This document shows, piece by piece, positions 28,217 to 37,699 of a DNA stretch of 64,000 nucleotides. Location: positions 86,409 through 150,408 of the forward strand of contig CAZYXG010000002.1 in NCBI GenBank assembly GCA_964650885.1. Direction: 5' to 3'. A program made the position numbers and the translations under genes. The stretch comes from an uncultured Hyphomicrobiales bacterium. Its GTDB lineage: Bacteria; Bacteroidota; Ignavibacteria; Kapaibacteriales; UBA2268. Under the pieces are notes generated by a model that was not told the origin of the DNA, searched no databases, and saw only the letters and a program-made list of their open reading frames with translations. Numbering within the stretch: position 1 is the stretch's first letter; each line of letters opens with the position of its first letter.

Positions 28217-29027
28217 GTTAAATAAAATAGCTCTCAACGCCATATTATTTATTTTTACATTGGCTGTTCTTTATCCATTAGCTTGGATGGTCTTGCTATC
28301 ATTCAAATCAAATCCCGAAAAGTTCTCTTCTTTCAGTGAATTAGTTTTTTCTCAATTCACATTGCAGAATTTTCAAGAGACTATAAATAGCGATAAATTC
28401 TATTTATATATTTTTAATTCAGCATTAATAGCTACAATAGTTACTTTAGGCAACGTCCTTTTTTGCTTTATGACTGCTTATGCCTTAGTTCGCCGAGATT
28501 TTATTGGTAGAAATTTTACTATCACAATGATAATGGGACTATTATTAGTTCCTGCTTTTGTTACTATGATTCCTGTATTTAGCTTGATGGTTGATTTTGG
28601 GTGGATTGATACTTATTGGTCTTTGATTCTGCCTTGGTTGGTATCACCATTTGGAGTGTATTTAGTTTATCAGTATATGAAAGGTATTCCATTTGAAATA
28701 GAAGATGCTGCCAAGATTGATGGTGCAAGTGATTTCAAAATAGTATTCCAAATTATAATGCCGCTTTGCAAACCAATTCTAACTGTGCTAGCTATTTATA
28801 CATTTTTGAGCAATTGGAATTCATTCCTTTACCCATATTTGCTTACTAACTCAGAAAATTTAAGAACCCTTCCAGTTGGTTTAGCATTCTATTTCGGAAA
28901 GCAATCAATTGATTGGGGGAATTTAATGGCAGGAGCTACAATTTCTGCTTTACCAATAATTATTTTATTTATTTTCTTTCAAAACAGTATTATAAAAGGA
29001 CTCACTGCTGGAGCTTTGAAAGAATAA
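28206..29027 (+). CDS. Carbohydrate-type ABC transporter permease (MalG/UgpE-like)
   Basis: Six TM helices and EAA loop (EIEDAAKIDGAS..IFQIIMP). Overlaps dacB by 11 nt. Confidence 0.8.
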   Translation: MKSKLNKIALNAILFIFTLAVLYPLAWMVLLSFKSNPEKFSSFSELVFSQFTLQNFQETINSDKFYLYIFNSALIATIVTLGNVLFCFMTAYALVRRDFIGRNFTITMIMGLLLVPAFVTMIPVFSLMVDFGWIDTYWSLILPWLVSPFGVYLVYQYMKGIPFEIEDAAKIDGASDFKIVFQIIMPLCKPILTVLAIYTFLSNWNSFLYPYLLTNSENLRTLPVGLAFYFGKQSIDWGNLMAGATISALPIIILFIFFQNSIIKGLTAGALKE

Positions 29028-29046
29028 TTACTACTTGGAGTAATAA

Positions 29047-29388
29047 ATGGAAATTTCTGAAATAAGACAACTTGCCAAAATGTTAGTGGACGAAATGGAC
29101 TCTCGGCATAATGCAGATTTAGCTCCAAAATGGGACAATGCTACATTGAAGTTTGTTCCTTCGGATAAATCAATGAAAGAGCATGAAATGCCCATTGAAA
29201 AGCTGCTACATAAAGTAGTTATGTTAAGAGATAATCTACGAGTTTTGGAAATGCAAATTAATAGCAATAAAGAAATTAGCGACTCAGAAAAAGTTAAATT
29301 GCAAAGCTATATCACCAAATGCTATGGCTCTATGACCTCGTTTAATTTTTTATTCTATAACGAAGAAGATAAATTTAGTTCAAAGTAA
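29047..29388 (+). CDS. Hypothetical protein
   Basis: 113-aa ORF filling an otherwise empty gap, helical/charged. No motif recognised. Confidence 0.4.
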   Translation: MEISEIRQLAKMLVDEMDSRHNADLAPKWDNATLKFVPSDKSMKEHEMPIEKLLHKVVMLRDNLRVLEMQINSNKEISDSEKVKLQSYITKCYGSMTSFNFLFYNEEDKFSSK

Positions 29389-29448
29389 TATTGTTGAATG
29401 TCAATCGTATTCATTTATAATTGTTAAATATTTAAAGTTTGATGAGTT

Positions 29449-30132
29449 ATGAAAAGAATTGGAGTTTTACTTTCTGGCTGTGGTGTTTTCGATGGTGCAG
29501 AAATACAAGAGTCTGTTTTTACATTGCTAGCTATTGACCAAAATGGTGGTAAAGCTGTATGTGTAGCACCAAACATTAACCAACATCACGTTGTGAACCA
29601 CATAAATGGCGATGAAATGTCGGAAAATCGCAATGTTTTAACCGAAGCAGCTAGAATTGCGAGAGGAAATATTCAAGATTTAGCTAAAATTAGCTCAAAC
29701 GATTTTGATGCTTTGGTTATACCAGGTGGCTTTGGAGATGCTAAAAATTTAACAAAATGGGCTTTTTCTGGTGCTAATGGTGAGATTAATTCTGATGTGA
29801 AAAGAATTATTAATGAAATGCTGGCGGATTGTAAACCTATTGTGGGACTTTGCATGGGCCCTACAGTTATTGCAAAAGCTCTTGAAGGCAAACTGGATGG
29901 TGGAGTTTTAACAGTGGGCAATAATACTGACCAATCACCTTATGATATTGCAGAAGTGCAAGGAGAAATCAAGAAGCTTGGTTTTTCAACTAAAGAAAAT
30001 AAAATTACTGAAATCACAATAGATAAGAAAAATAAAATAATTACTGCTCCTTGTTATATGATGGAAGTATCAATTTCACAAGTTTACGATAATGCCAAAC
30101 AAGCTATTGATGAGCTTTTTAGAATGATGTAA
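29449..30132 (+). CDS. elbB: DJ-1/PfpI family glyoxalase ElbB
   Basis: Collinear similarity to E. coli ElbB (IGVLLSGCGVFDGAEIQE..., LVIPGGFG.AKNL). Confidence 0.85.
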   Translation: MKRIGVLLSGCGVFDGAEIQESVFTLLAIDQNGGKAVCVAPNINQHHVVNHINGDEMSENRNVLTEAARIARGNIQDLAKISSNDFDALVIPGGFGDAKNLTKWAFSGANGEINSDVKRIINEMLADCKPIVGLCMGPTVIAKALEGKLDGGVLTVGNNTDQSPYDIAEVQGEIKKLGFSTKENKITEITIDKKNKIITAPCYMMEVSISQVYDNAKQAIDELFRMM

Positions 30133-30186
30133 ATCAGTTGTGAAACTTTTGTGAAATAACTTTGCCAATCATGCAAAATAATTAAA

Positions 30187-31260
30187 ATGCGAATTACAAA
30201 ATTAATTAAATATATTTTGCTGTGTTTTGTAATTATTACAAACGATTCAAGTGCAAATGATTCATTAACATTTAATGGTTACATTGATTCTTATTATGCA
30301 ATAGATAACGATGCAAATGAAAGCAATAGAAAATTACTAAGCATTTTAAATCCAACCAAAGAGAGTATCAATTTGAATGTAGTTCTATTTAGAGTGAATT
30401 ACAATTCAGAATCACTTAGAGCAATCGCTACTTTTCATTTTGGAGATATGCCAAATGTAGCCTGGCAGACTAAATTAAACTTTATCCAAGAAGCTTATAT
30501 TGGAGTAAAATTAAGTGATAAGTTTTGGTTTGATGTTGGAAATTATCTAACCCATATTGGAATAGAAAGTGTGAATCCAAAAGATAATTGGCTTTCAACT
30601 TTATCACTTTTAGCCCAAAATGAACCATTTTATCAAGCTGGTGCAAAACTAACTTATGAGCCAAATAATTTATTAAAATTACAAATTCAATTGCTCAATG
30701 GCTATAATTTGTTTGAAGATAATAATAAAAATAAGTCAATTGGATATTTGGTTTCTTACAAGTTATTAGAAAATTTAAATCTAAGTCTAACTGGAATAAT
30801 AGGTAATGAAGCTTATTTAGGATTAGTAAATCCAAAATTTAAATATAGCCAAGGTAATAAAATATTAAATAGTTTACTAATTGAATGGGATTGTAGTAAT
30901 TCATTTAAAATTAAATCATTGATTGATTTAAGCAGTCAAGAAATTGATGTAACAGATTTGAATAATAATATATCCAAAGGTTTTTCAAGAATCGTAGCTT
31001 CATCTATTGCTTTTAAGTATTTATTCTCAGAGTCAATATCTTTGAATAGCAGAATAGAAATGTATAACACATTTTTGAAAGTAGCAGAAACATTTAACAG
31101 CAAAGCTCTTGCCTATACTATTGGCTTAGAATACAAACCAATGAAAAATGCCTACATCAGATTAGAGGATAGATTTATGAATTATAATAACACAATTAAT
31201 TCAATCATTCCATTTAAGTCAAGAAATGAAGTTATATTTGGTGTCGGTGTTTACTTCTAA
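30187..31260 (+). CDS. Putative outer-membrane beta-barrel porin
   Basis: Signal peptide, alternating beta pattern, terminal ...GVGVYF. Confidence 0.5.
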   Translation: MRITKLIKYILLCFVIITNDSSANDSLTFNGYIDSYYAIDNDANESNRKLLSILNPTKESINLNVVLFRVNYNSESLRAIATFHFGDMPNVAWQTKLNFIQEAYIGVKLSDKFWFDVGNYLTHIGIESVNPKDNWLSTLSLLAQNEPFYQAGAKLTYEPNNLLKLQIQLLNGYNLFEDNNKNKSIGYLVSYKLLENLNLSLTGIIGNEAYLGLVNPKFKYSQGNKILNSLLIEWDCSNSFKIKSLIDLSSQEIDVTDLNNNISKGFSRIVASSIAFKYLFSESISLNSRIEMYNTFLKVAETFNSKALAYTIGLEYKPMKNAYIRLEDRFMNYNNTINSIIPFKSRNEVIFGVGVYF

Positions 31261-31261
31261 A

Positions 31262-32101
31262 TTATTGGCACCAAACAAAGTAGTTTGGAAATATTGATTT
31301 GATTTCTTCTTTTTTATAGTCTTTTGGAAATAAACCAAAAACACTTGCCCCACTTCCTGAGAGCAGTGTGAAATCTGCCCCTAAACTATATAGTTTTGCT
31401 TTTATTTCTTCAATTTCTGGATAATCTTTAAGTACTACTTCTTCAAAATCATTTATCAGAAATTCTTTAAAAAGCGTTGCGTTGCCATCTGCATTGATAA
31501 GCACCATTGGCAAATGTATTTTTGGGCGTTCTTTTTCAGTCCTGCTTAGCTTTCTGTATGCTTCTGGAGTGCCAATGTGAATATTGGGATTGACAATCAC
31601 AATTGAGTAAGGCAATTCATAATCAAAATAGGCCAAACTTTCGCCTCGGCTTCCTGCTACAGCAGTTCCATATTTAAGAAAGTATGGAATGTCCGAACCA
31701 AGTGATTGAGCTATAATTAACAAATCGTTATAGCTAGCTCTCGAGCCAGAAAGTTCATTGATTGCATTGAGTGTTATTGCAGCATTGCTACTTCCGCCGC
31801 CAAGTCCACCGCCCATTGGAATGTTTTTTTCAATGTGTACGTCAACTCCAAAGTCTAATGGAAATTTTTTAGCGAATTTTTCGATAGCTTTATAGATCAA
31901 ATTATCTTCTTTGGGTATTCCAAAATCGACATTGCTAGAAATGTTCAAATCTTTTATGGAAGTTTTTTTAAATGTTAAAATGTCCGCAAGCTTAGTTAAA
32001 TAGAAGACAGTATTGATGTTATGGTATCCGTCTGCTCTTTTATTTAGCACTTGCAAGCCAAGGTTTATTTTGGCAAATGATAGTTTTTTGATAGAATTCA
32101 T
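31262..32101 (-). CDS. ispE: 4-(cytidine 5'-diphospho)-2-C-methyl-D-erythritol kinase
   Basis: AKINLGLQV start, GHMP motif PMGGGLGGGSSNAA. Confidence 0.85.
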   Translation of the reverse strand: MNSIKKLSFAKINLGLQVLNKRADGYHNINTVFYLTKLADILTFKKTSIKDLNISSNVDFGIPKEDNLIYKAIEKFAKKFPLDFGVDVHIEKNIPMGGGLGGGSSNAAITLNAINELSGSRASYNDLLIIAQSLGSDIPYFLKYGTAVAGSRGESLAYFDYELPYSIVIVNPNIHIGTPEAYRKLSRTEKERPKIHLPMVLINADGNATLFKEFLINDFEEVVLKDYPEIEEIKAKLYSLGADFTLLSGSGASVFGLFPKDYKKEEIKSIFPNYFVWCQ

Positions 32102-32132
32102 TATTTTTGAGTTTATTTAGATTTACAAAAGT

Positions 32133-32792
32133 ATGGACAATTCGATAACTTACAAAAATGAATTATACAGAAAGGGAATTCACCTTTGCTCTCTGACGAT
32201 TCCAATTGCCTATATTTTCACTTCGCACCAAAAAGCATTGCTAATAATTCTACCAATAACTATAATAATGTTATTGGCTGATATACTAAGCACTAGAGTT
32301 GCTTTTGTAAATAAAATTATTTTTGGCTATATGGGTGCTTTGCTTAGGGAACACGAAAAAGAGAACAAAAAATTTGTTCTCAATGGTGCTTCTTGGGTTT
32401 TGATTTCAGCAAGTTTGTGCATACTGATTTTCCCTAAAGTAGTGATGATACCAGCTTTTACAATATTAATCATTTCGGATATGCTTGCTGCATTGGTAGG
32501 AAGAAAATTCGGGAAAACCCCATTATTTGATAAATCTTGGGAAGGAACTATTGCTTTTATAGTTTCAGCTATTGGAGTTGTACTCTCTTTTGGCTTTGCT
32601 TTTTCTGCACCAATCACATTCTTTGCCTTTGGAATATTGGGGGCAGTAATTGGTGGTTTTGTGGAAGCTGGCTCTAAAGTTTTGAATATTGACGATAATC
32701 TTTCCATTCCACTTTCAATAGGGTTGATTCTTTGGTTGGGTGCATTCTATGCACAGTCCATTAATATGCCTTATTTAGATTTGATAAAATAA
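32133..32792 (+). CDS. CTP-dependent polyprenol/phytol/diacylglycerol kinase family membrane protein
   Basis: Multi-TM protein. ISDMLAALVGRKFGKT motif of the CTP_transf_1 / dolichol-kinase-like family. Confidence 0.55.
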   Translation: MDNSITYKNELYRKGIHLCSLTIPIAYIFTSHQKALLIILPITIIMLLADILSTRVAFVNKIIFGYMGALLREHEKENKKFVLNGASWVLISASLCILIFPKVVMIPAFTILIISDMLAALVGRKFGKTPLFDKSWEGTIAFIVSAIGVVLSFGFAFSAPITFFAFGILGAVIGGFVEAGSKVLNIDDNLSIPLSIGLILWLGAFYAQSINMPYLDLIK

Positions 32793-32800
32793 TTAATAAA

Positions 32801-33823
32801 ATGATAGATTTAAGAAGCGACACACTCACAATGCCATCGAAAGAAATGCTTGATTCGATTTATTCGGCTCAGCTTGGCGATGATGTCTATGCAGAAGATG
32901 TGACAACAAATTTATTTCAAAAGAAAATTGCAAATTTCTTTGGCAAAGAAGCAGGGCTTATCGTTCCTTCTGGCACTATGGCAAATCAAATAGGAGTGGC
33001 TGTGCATACTGCCACTGGCGACGAAGTGATTTGCGAAAGCAATGCACATATCTACTACTATGAAACAGCTGGACCTTCCATTATTTCTCGTGTGCAAATG
33101 CGTCCAATTGAATCTGAAAAGGGCGAACCTGATTTGAATAAAATTGAGTCTGCTATTCGTGAAGATATTTACTATATGCCACGCACTAGTTTGATTTGTT
33201 TGGAAAACACACATAATCGCCACGGTGGCACTATTATCAGCTTAGATTATTGCCAATCAGTTTCAAAATTAGCGAAAGCAAAAGGAATAGCAACTCATTT
33301 AGATGGGGCTAGAGTTTGGAATGCAATACTTACAAATAAATCTTTAGCTCAAGATTATGGTAAATGTTTCGATACTATAAATGTTTGCTTTTCTAAGGGC
33401 TTAGGCACTCCTGCTTTATCTATGATTTTAGGCACTGAAGTTCAAATAGCAAAAGCACTTAAATGGAGAAAAATCTTGGGTGGAGGAATGCGTCAGACAG
33501 GCGTTTTCGCTGCTATGTGCGATTTTGCTTTTGAAAATAATTTGCCCAAATTAGAACTTGATAATGCCAATGCTACTTTGTTTGCTTCTTTAATTGCCAA
33601 TGAGCCAAAGATTAGTTTGGATTTGAGCAGAGTGCAAACCAATATAGTGCTTTTTGAAATTACAAATGAAATTGATTTGAATAAATTTCAAAACGATTGC
33701 CAATTAAATGGATTAAAAATCTCTTCATTTGGTGGTAAAAAATTCAGAGCTGTTTTCCATAGCCAAATGGACAAAAACACAATTACAAAAGCAGCAGTAA
33801 TTCTAATTTCTACTCTTAATTAA
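32801..33823 (+). CDS. ltaE: Low-specificity L-threonine aldolase
   Basis: DLRSDTLTMPS start, PSGTMANQ, PLP-lysine context CFSKGLG. Confidence 0.85.
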   Translation: MIDLRSDTLTMPSKEMLDSIYSAQLGDDVYAEDVTTNLFQKKIANFFGKEAGLIVPSGTMANQIGVAVHTATGDEVICESNAHIYYYETAGPSIISRVQMRPIESEKGEPDLNKIESAIREDIYYMPRTSLICLENTHNRHGGTIISLDYCQSVSKLAKAKGIATHLDGARVWNAILTNKSLAQDYGKCFDTINVCFSKGLGTPALSMILGTEVQIAKALKWRKILGGGMRQTGVFAAMCDFAFENNLPKLELDNANATLFASLIANEPKISLDLSRVQTNIVLFEITNEIDLNKFQNDCQLNGLKISSFGGKKFRAVFHSQMDKNTITKAAVILISTLN

Positions 33824-33837
33824 AAAAGGTAAAGAAT

Positions 33838-34293
33838 ATGAAAAAATTCATTCTGACATTATTATTGACTTTTAGTTTCAATTGCTTTGCAGATGATTTG
33901 ACCGCTGAGCTAAGATTGATTAACTCGAATTTATTCCTTTGCTATTCGCAATTGAATATTATTTACGATGGATACAACAAGAAAGAATATTCTGATATTG
34001 AAAAGTACCACAAAATGCTATCAATTAGTTTGAATGATTCTGAAAGATTATTAAAAAAACTTGTTGCAAAAGAAACTGAAAAGCCATTGGACAATGAAAA
34101 TAATCAACTTTGGTTCACTCGCCTGAAAGAAATGAATACTGAGCTGAAGGATATGAATATTATTTTGAAAAAATATGTTCTTCTTGGCAAACAGGAAGAT
34201 AGAATTAATTTTTCCGAACGCAATAAAGCTTTCATCGAAAAATTCAAATCAGTGATTGATGCACAAATAGAGAAATTAAAAGAGAATGAATGA
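33838..34293 (+). CDS. Hypothetical secreted helical protein
   Basis: Signal peptide, 151 aa. No motif recognised. Confidence 0.4.
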   Translation: MKKFILTLLLTFSFNCFADDLTAELRLINSNLFLCYSQLNIIYDGYNKKEYSDIEKYHKMLSISLNDSERLLKKLVAKETEKPLDNENNQLWFTRLKEMNTELKDMNIILKKYVLLGKQEDRINFSERNKAFIEKFKSVIDAQIEKLKENE

Positions 34294-34762
34294 GATAGAA
34301 ATTTTAGCTGGGCGACTTAATGAATTCAAACATAAGTTCAATGGTAGAGTAGAGTTTAGCGATGTAGATTCATTTTCTGTAGTGCATAATTTGACTTATC
34401 TTTATTGGCTGGAATGGGCTAGGACTGATTATTTATTCTCTCTTGGATTAGAAAAGAAGATTGATTTTTTCAAAAGAGAATTACCAATAATGACAGTACA
34501 CCACACAGTGAATTATTTCAGTTCATTGAATTTCCCAGATAACTATGAAGTGCTGACTAAAGTACCAAAAATAGGTGAATCTTCTATAGTTTTTGAGAAT
34601 ATTATTCGCAAAACACAAAATAAAGAAGCAAATATTGTGCTTTATGCAAAATCAGTTTTAGTATATGTGGACTTCGAAAGTAAAGTACCTCAACGTATGC
34701 CAGATTTAATTAGAAATTTAGTATCTGAATTTGAAGGTACGGGGGATGAAAATTTCAGATAA
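34286..34762 (+). CDS. Acyl-CoA thioesterase (hotdog fold, YbgC/4HBT-like)
   Basis: VEFSDVDSFSVVHNLTYLYWLEWAR matches the 4HBT catalytic region. Confidence 0.6.
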   Translation: MNEIEILAGRLNEFKHKFNGRVEFSDVDSFSVVHNLTYLYWLEWARTDYLFSLGLEKKIDFFKRELPIMTVHHTVNYFSSLNFPDNYEVLTKVPKIGESSIVFENIIRKTQNKEANIVLYAKSVLVYVDFESKVPQRMPDLIRNLVSEFEGTGDENFR

Positions 34763-36305
34763 AGCAGAAAAAGCATTTTCTAAATTATTAGAAAATGATG
34801 ACAAAATTGTGGCTCAGCTACTTTTCCCAAGATTAAATATTAACGACTATTTAACAGACGTTGATTATAAAGAAGACATTCAAAACCTTGTGAAAGCGGG
34901 AGTTGGAGGATTTTGTTTGTTCAAAGGCAATGTGGAAGAAACATTTAAAGTAATTAAAGAACTAAAGCCACTTGCCACTATTCCATTGCTGTTTTCTGGC
35001 GATTACGAAAATGGTGTGACTATGAGGCATTCGGGAGGCACTGAACTGCCCCACGCAATGGCTCTTGGCAAAACAAATAACCCTGAAATTTTAGCAGAAG
35101 CTGCTAAAATAATTGCCGATGAGTCTATTGCCATTGGCACAAAATGGATATTTTCGCCAGTTTGCGATATTAATTCCAATAAATTAAATCCTATCATCAA
35201 CATCAGAGCTTACGGCGAAGATAGTAATTCAGTTTCCACATCAATTCAAACAGTCGTTACTACATTCGATGCAGCTGGTGTATTAGCTTGTGCAAAGCAT
35301 TTCCCTGGACACGGCGATACAAGTCAGGATTCACATTTAACTTTGCCAACACTCAATAAAACAAAAGCCGAGCTTTACGAACTTGAATTAAAGCCATTTC
35401 AAATTGCTATTGAAAAAAAAGTTGCTTCAATAATGGTTGCACATTTGGCTGTACCAGAGTTAGATAGAAGTGGTTTGCCTGCTTCGCTTTCTGCAAAAAT
35501 AATTACAGATTTGCTTAAAAATGAACTATGTTTTGAAGGAATTGTCGTTACCGATGCACTTGAAATGAAAGCAATTTCCAACACTTGGAAATCAGATGAA
35601 GCTGTGAAACTTGCAGTAAATGCTGGAGTTGATGCCTTGCTTATGCCAGAGGATAATAATTTAGCTCTTAATGCTTTGTCTGACGAATATTCAAATATAG
35701 ATTTCAAAGAAAAAGTTCATAAAGCAGTTGAAAAAATTATCTATTATAAAGATAAACTTAATTTATTTGATACTGCTGCTTATTTGCGACCAGCTCAATT
35801 CAAATTGAATGTGCAGGAAGAAGCCGCATTTGAAATTGGCAAGCAAACAATAGACTCTATTGGCGACCCAACTGAATTGCGTTTGAAAGAAAATACTAAA
35901 ATTGCAGCGTTTGCTTTTTTGCAAAAAGATTCGGATTTCGATAAAGCTTCGGAATTCTTCAATTTCTTGCAGCAAGCTATCCATCAGGATATTGACTTTG
36001 CTTATATAAACGACAATGCAGATGACGACCAAATATCTAACTTCTTAGTGAACACTAAAGATGCCGATTTAGTAGTGATTGCTTTGTTTTATAGAAGCAG
36101 GGCATACCATGGCGACATTGGGAACCACGAAAGTTTAAAAAGTAGAGTGGCAAAACTTAGCAACTACAACCCAAATGTAGTATTTTATTTTGGCAATCCA
36201 TACTTAGTTGAAGAAGTAAAGCAAGATTTAGCTATTTTAGCATATTCCGATGCGACTCCATCAATTGCATCGGCAGTACTAAAATTCAAATTATTAGTTG
36301 ATTGA
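34731..36305 (+). CDS. nagZ: Glycoside hydrolase family 3 (NagZ-like beta-N-acetylhexosaminidase) with an extra C-terminal domain
   Basis: KHFPGHGDTSQDSH motif, VVTDALEM. The start may be the Met at 34746. Confidence 0.75.
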   Translation: MKVRGMKISDKAEKAFSKLLENDDKIVAQLLFPRLNINDYLTDVDYKEDIQNLVKAGVGGFCLFKGNVEETFKVIKELKPLATIPLLFSGDYENGVTMRHSGGTELPHAMALGKTNNPEILAEAAKIIADESIAIGTKWIFSPVCDINSNKLNPIINIRAYGEDSNSVSTSIQTVVTTFDAAGVLACAKHFPGHGDTSQDSHLTLPTLNKTKAELYELELKPFQIAIEKKVASIMVAHLAVPELDRSGLPASLSAKIITDLLKNELCFEGIVVTDALEMKAISNTWKSDEAVKLAVNAGVDALLMPEDNNLALNALSDEYSNIDFKEKVHKAVEKIIYYKDKLNLFDTAAYLRPAQFKLNVQEEAAFEIGKQTIDSIGDPTELRLKENTKIAAFAFLQKDSDFDKASEFFNFLQQAIHQDIDFAYINDNADDDQISNFLVNTKDADLVVIALFYRSRAYHGDIGNHESLKSRVAKLSNYNPNVVFYFGNPYLVEEVKQDLAILAYSDATPSIASAVLKFKLLVD

Positions 36306-36336
36306 AATAAAACTATATTAAAATAATGGGGCATCT

Positions 36337-37638
36337 ATGAGAAACTTCAATCTTACAAACAAATTTAAAGTAGTGCTTTTAGCTACTTTCTTGCTCTTTA
36401 TGAGCCATAATCTTCACGCCCAATACAAACTTGAACTTGAGTGGCAGAAGACAATTGCTAATGGTTATTTCATTTCTTCACTTACAAAATCTGACAATGA
36501 TAGTTTACTATATACCTCAGGTGGTGAAGGAACAGAAGGTCCATTTACAAACTATATTCTAAATTCAAAAGATGGAACGATTATAGATAAATTTGCAAGT
36601 GATTTTGCTTATTACCCTATGTATGCCAAAAAAGATGGTAGTTTAATCGCTGTAGGCACTACAAATGCTTCTTCAATTGGAATAGTAGACCCTAAAACTT
36701 TTGAAATAACTTTTTGGTCGAAAGTACCAAATTATAGATTTTTTACATATAACGAAAAACAAAACAAAATTGTTGCAAATAGTAGTGCAAGTTTGATAAG
36801 GGTTTATGATTTAAATACAAAAGAAATAGTTAAAGAATTTACTTCTTCTTACTTTAAATTTAGTGACTTATTCATAGAACAGGCCAATATTACAGACGAT
36901 GGGAAAAATATAATTTACTCATACTGGACATCATACAGGAAACAAGATAGAACTCAAGGCATAATCAATTACATAAGAATCATAGATATGGAAGGTAATG
37001 TACTCAAAAAGATTGATTCAACAAGTAGCACCAAATTTACGATTACAAACGATGGTAAGACTTTGGTTTATTTCGACCCGAATGGAACTCAATTGTTGGA
37101 TTTAGAAACAATGAAGTTAAAAGAAGGAATAACAAGTGCTGTAACAGGGTATGGTGATGATCCAAATTGTATTGAACTAAGCAATAACGATAAATTTATG
37201 TTAATAGCTGGAGGAGTTACATTTTTAGATTTAATTGATAAAAAAAGAATTTGGTTACATGGTGGCAATGGTTTTACATGGATGAAGCTGAATTCAACAA
37301 ATTCAAGTTTGTATTGTAATGCTTCTGCATTTATAATGAAATTTAATTTTCAACAAACTTCTTCTGTTAATTCTTATCAGGACAAAGTTGATTTCCAAAT
37401 TCAAGTTTTGGAGAATAATATTATGTTATCTACTCAAAAAGAAATATCACCGAATTTAAAATTTAGAATAATTAGTTTAGATGGAAAAATACAGAAGCAA
37501 ATCTTGCCACACCAGTTAGATATTACTACTAACACAATCACAATTAACATTTTATCTCTACTTTCAGGAATTTATTTCTTAGAAATTACTGACAATCAGT
37601 CGATAGTTTATTCTTCTAAATTTTCAAAAACAAATTAA
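36337..37638 (+). CDS. Secreted beta-propeller-like protein with T9SS-type C-terminal domain
   Basis: Signal peptide, repeated DG(K/S)xxI(V/A) blades, C-terminal SGIYFLEITDNQ... Confidence 0.5.
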   Translation: MRNFNLTNKFKVVLLATFLLFMSHNLHAQYKLELEWQKTIANGYFISSLTKSDNDSLLYTSGGEGTEGPFTNYILNSKDGTIIDKFASDFAYYPMYAKKDGSLIAVGTTNASSIGIVDPKTFEITFWSKVPNYRFFTYNEKQNKIVANSSASLIRVYDLNTKEIVKEFTSSYFKFSDLFIEQANITDDGKNIIYSYWTSYRKQDRTQGIINYIRIIDMEGNVLKKIDSTSSTKFTITNDGKTLVYFDPNGTQLLDLETMKLKEGITSAVTGYGDDPNCIELSNNDKFMLIAGGVTFLDLIDKKRIWLHGGNGFTWMKLNSTNSSLYCNASAFIMKFNFQQTSSVNSYQDKVDFQIQVLENNIMLSTQKEISPNLKFRIISLDGKIQKQILPHQLDITTNTITINILSLLSGIYFLEITDNQSIVYSSKFSKTN

Positions 37639-37655
37639 TTAAATCTTTCCCAAAA

Positions 37656-37690
37656 AAAGTCCGATGAAATAATTCACCGGACTTTCTTTT
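37656..37690. terminator. Hairpin terminator between convergent genes
   Basis: AAAGTCCG / CGGACTTT stem, with A-run and T-run flanks. Confidence 0.6.
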
Positions 37691-37699
37691 AAATAACTC

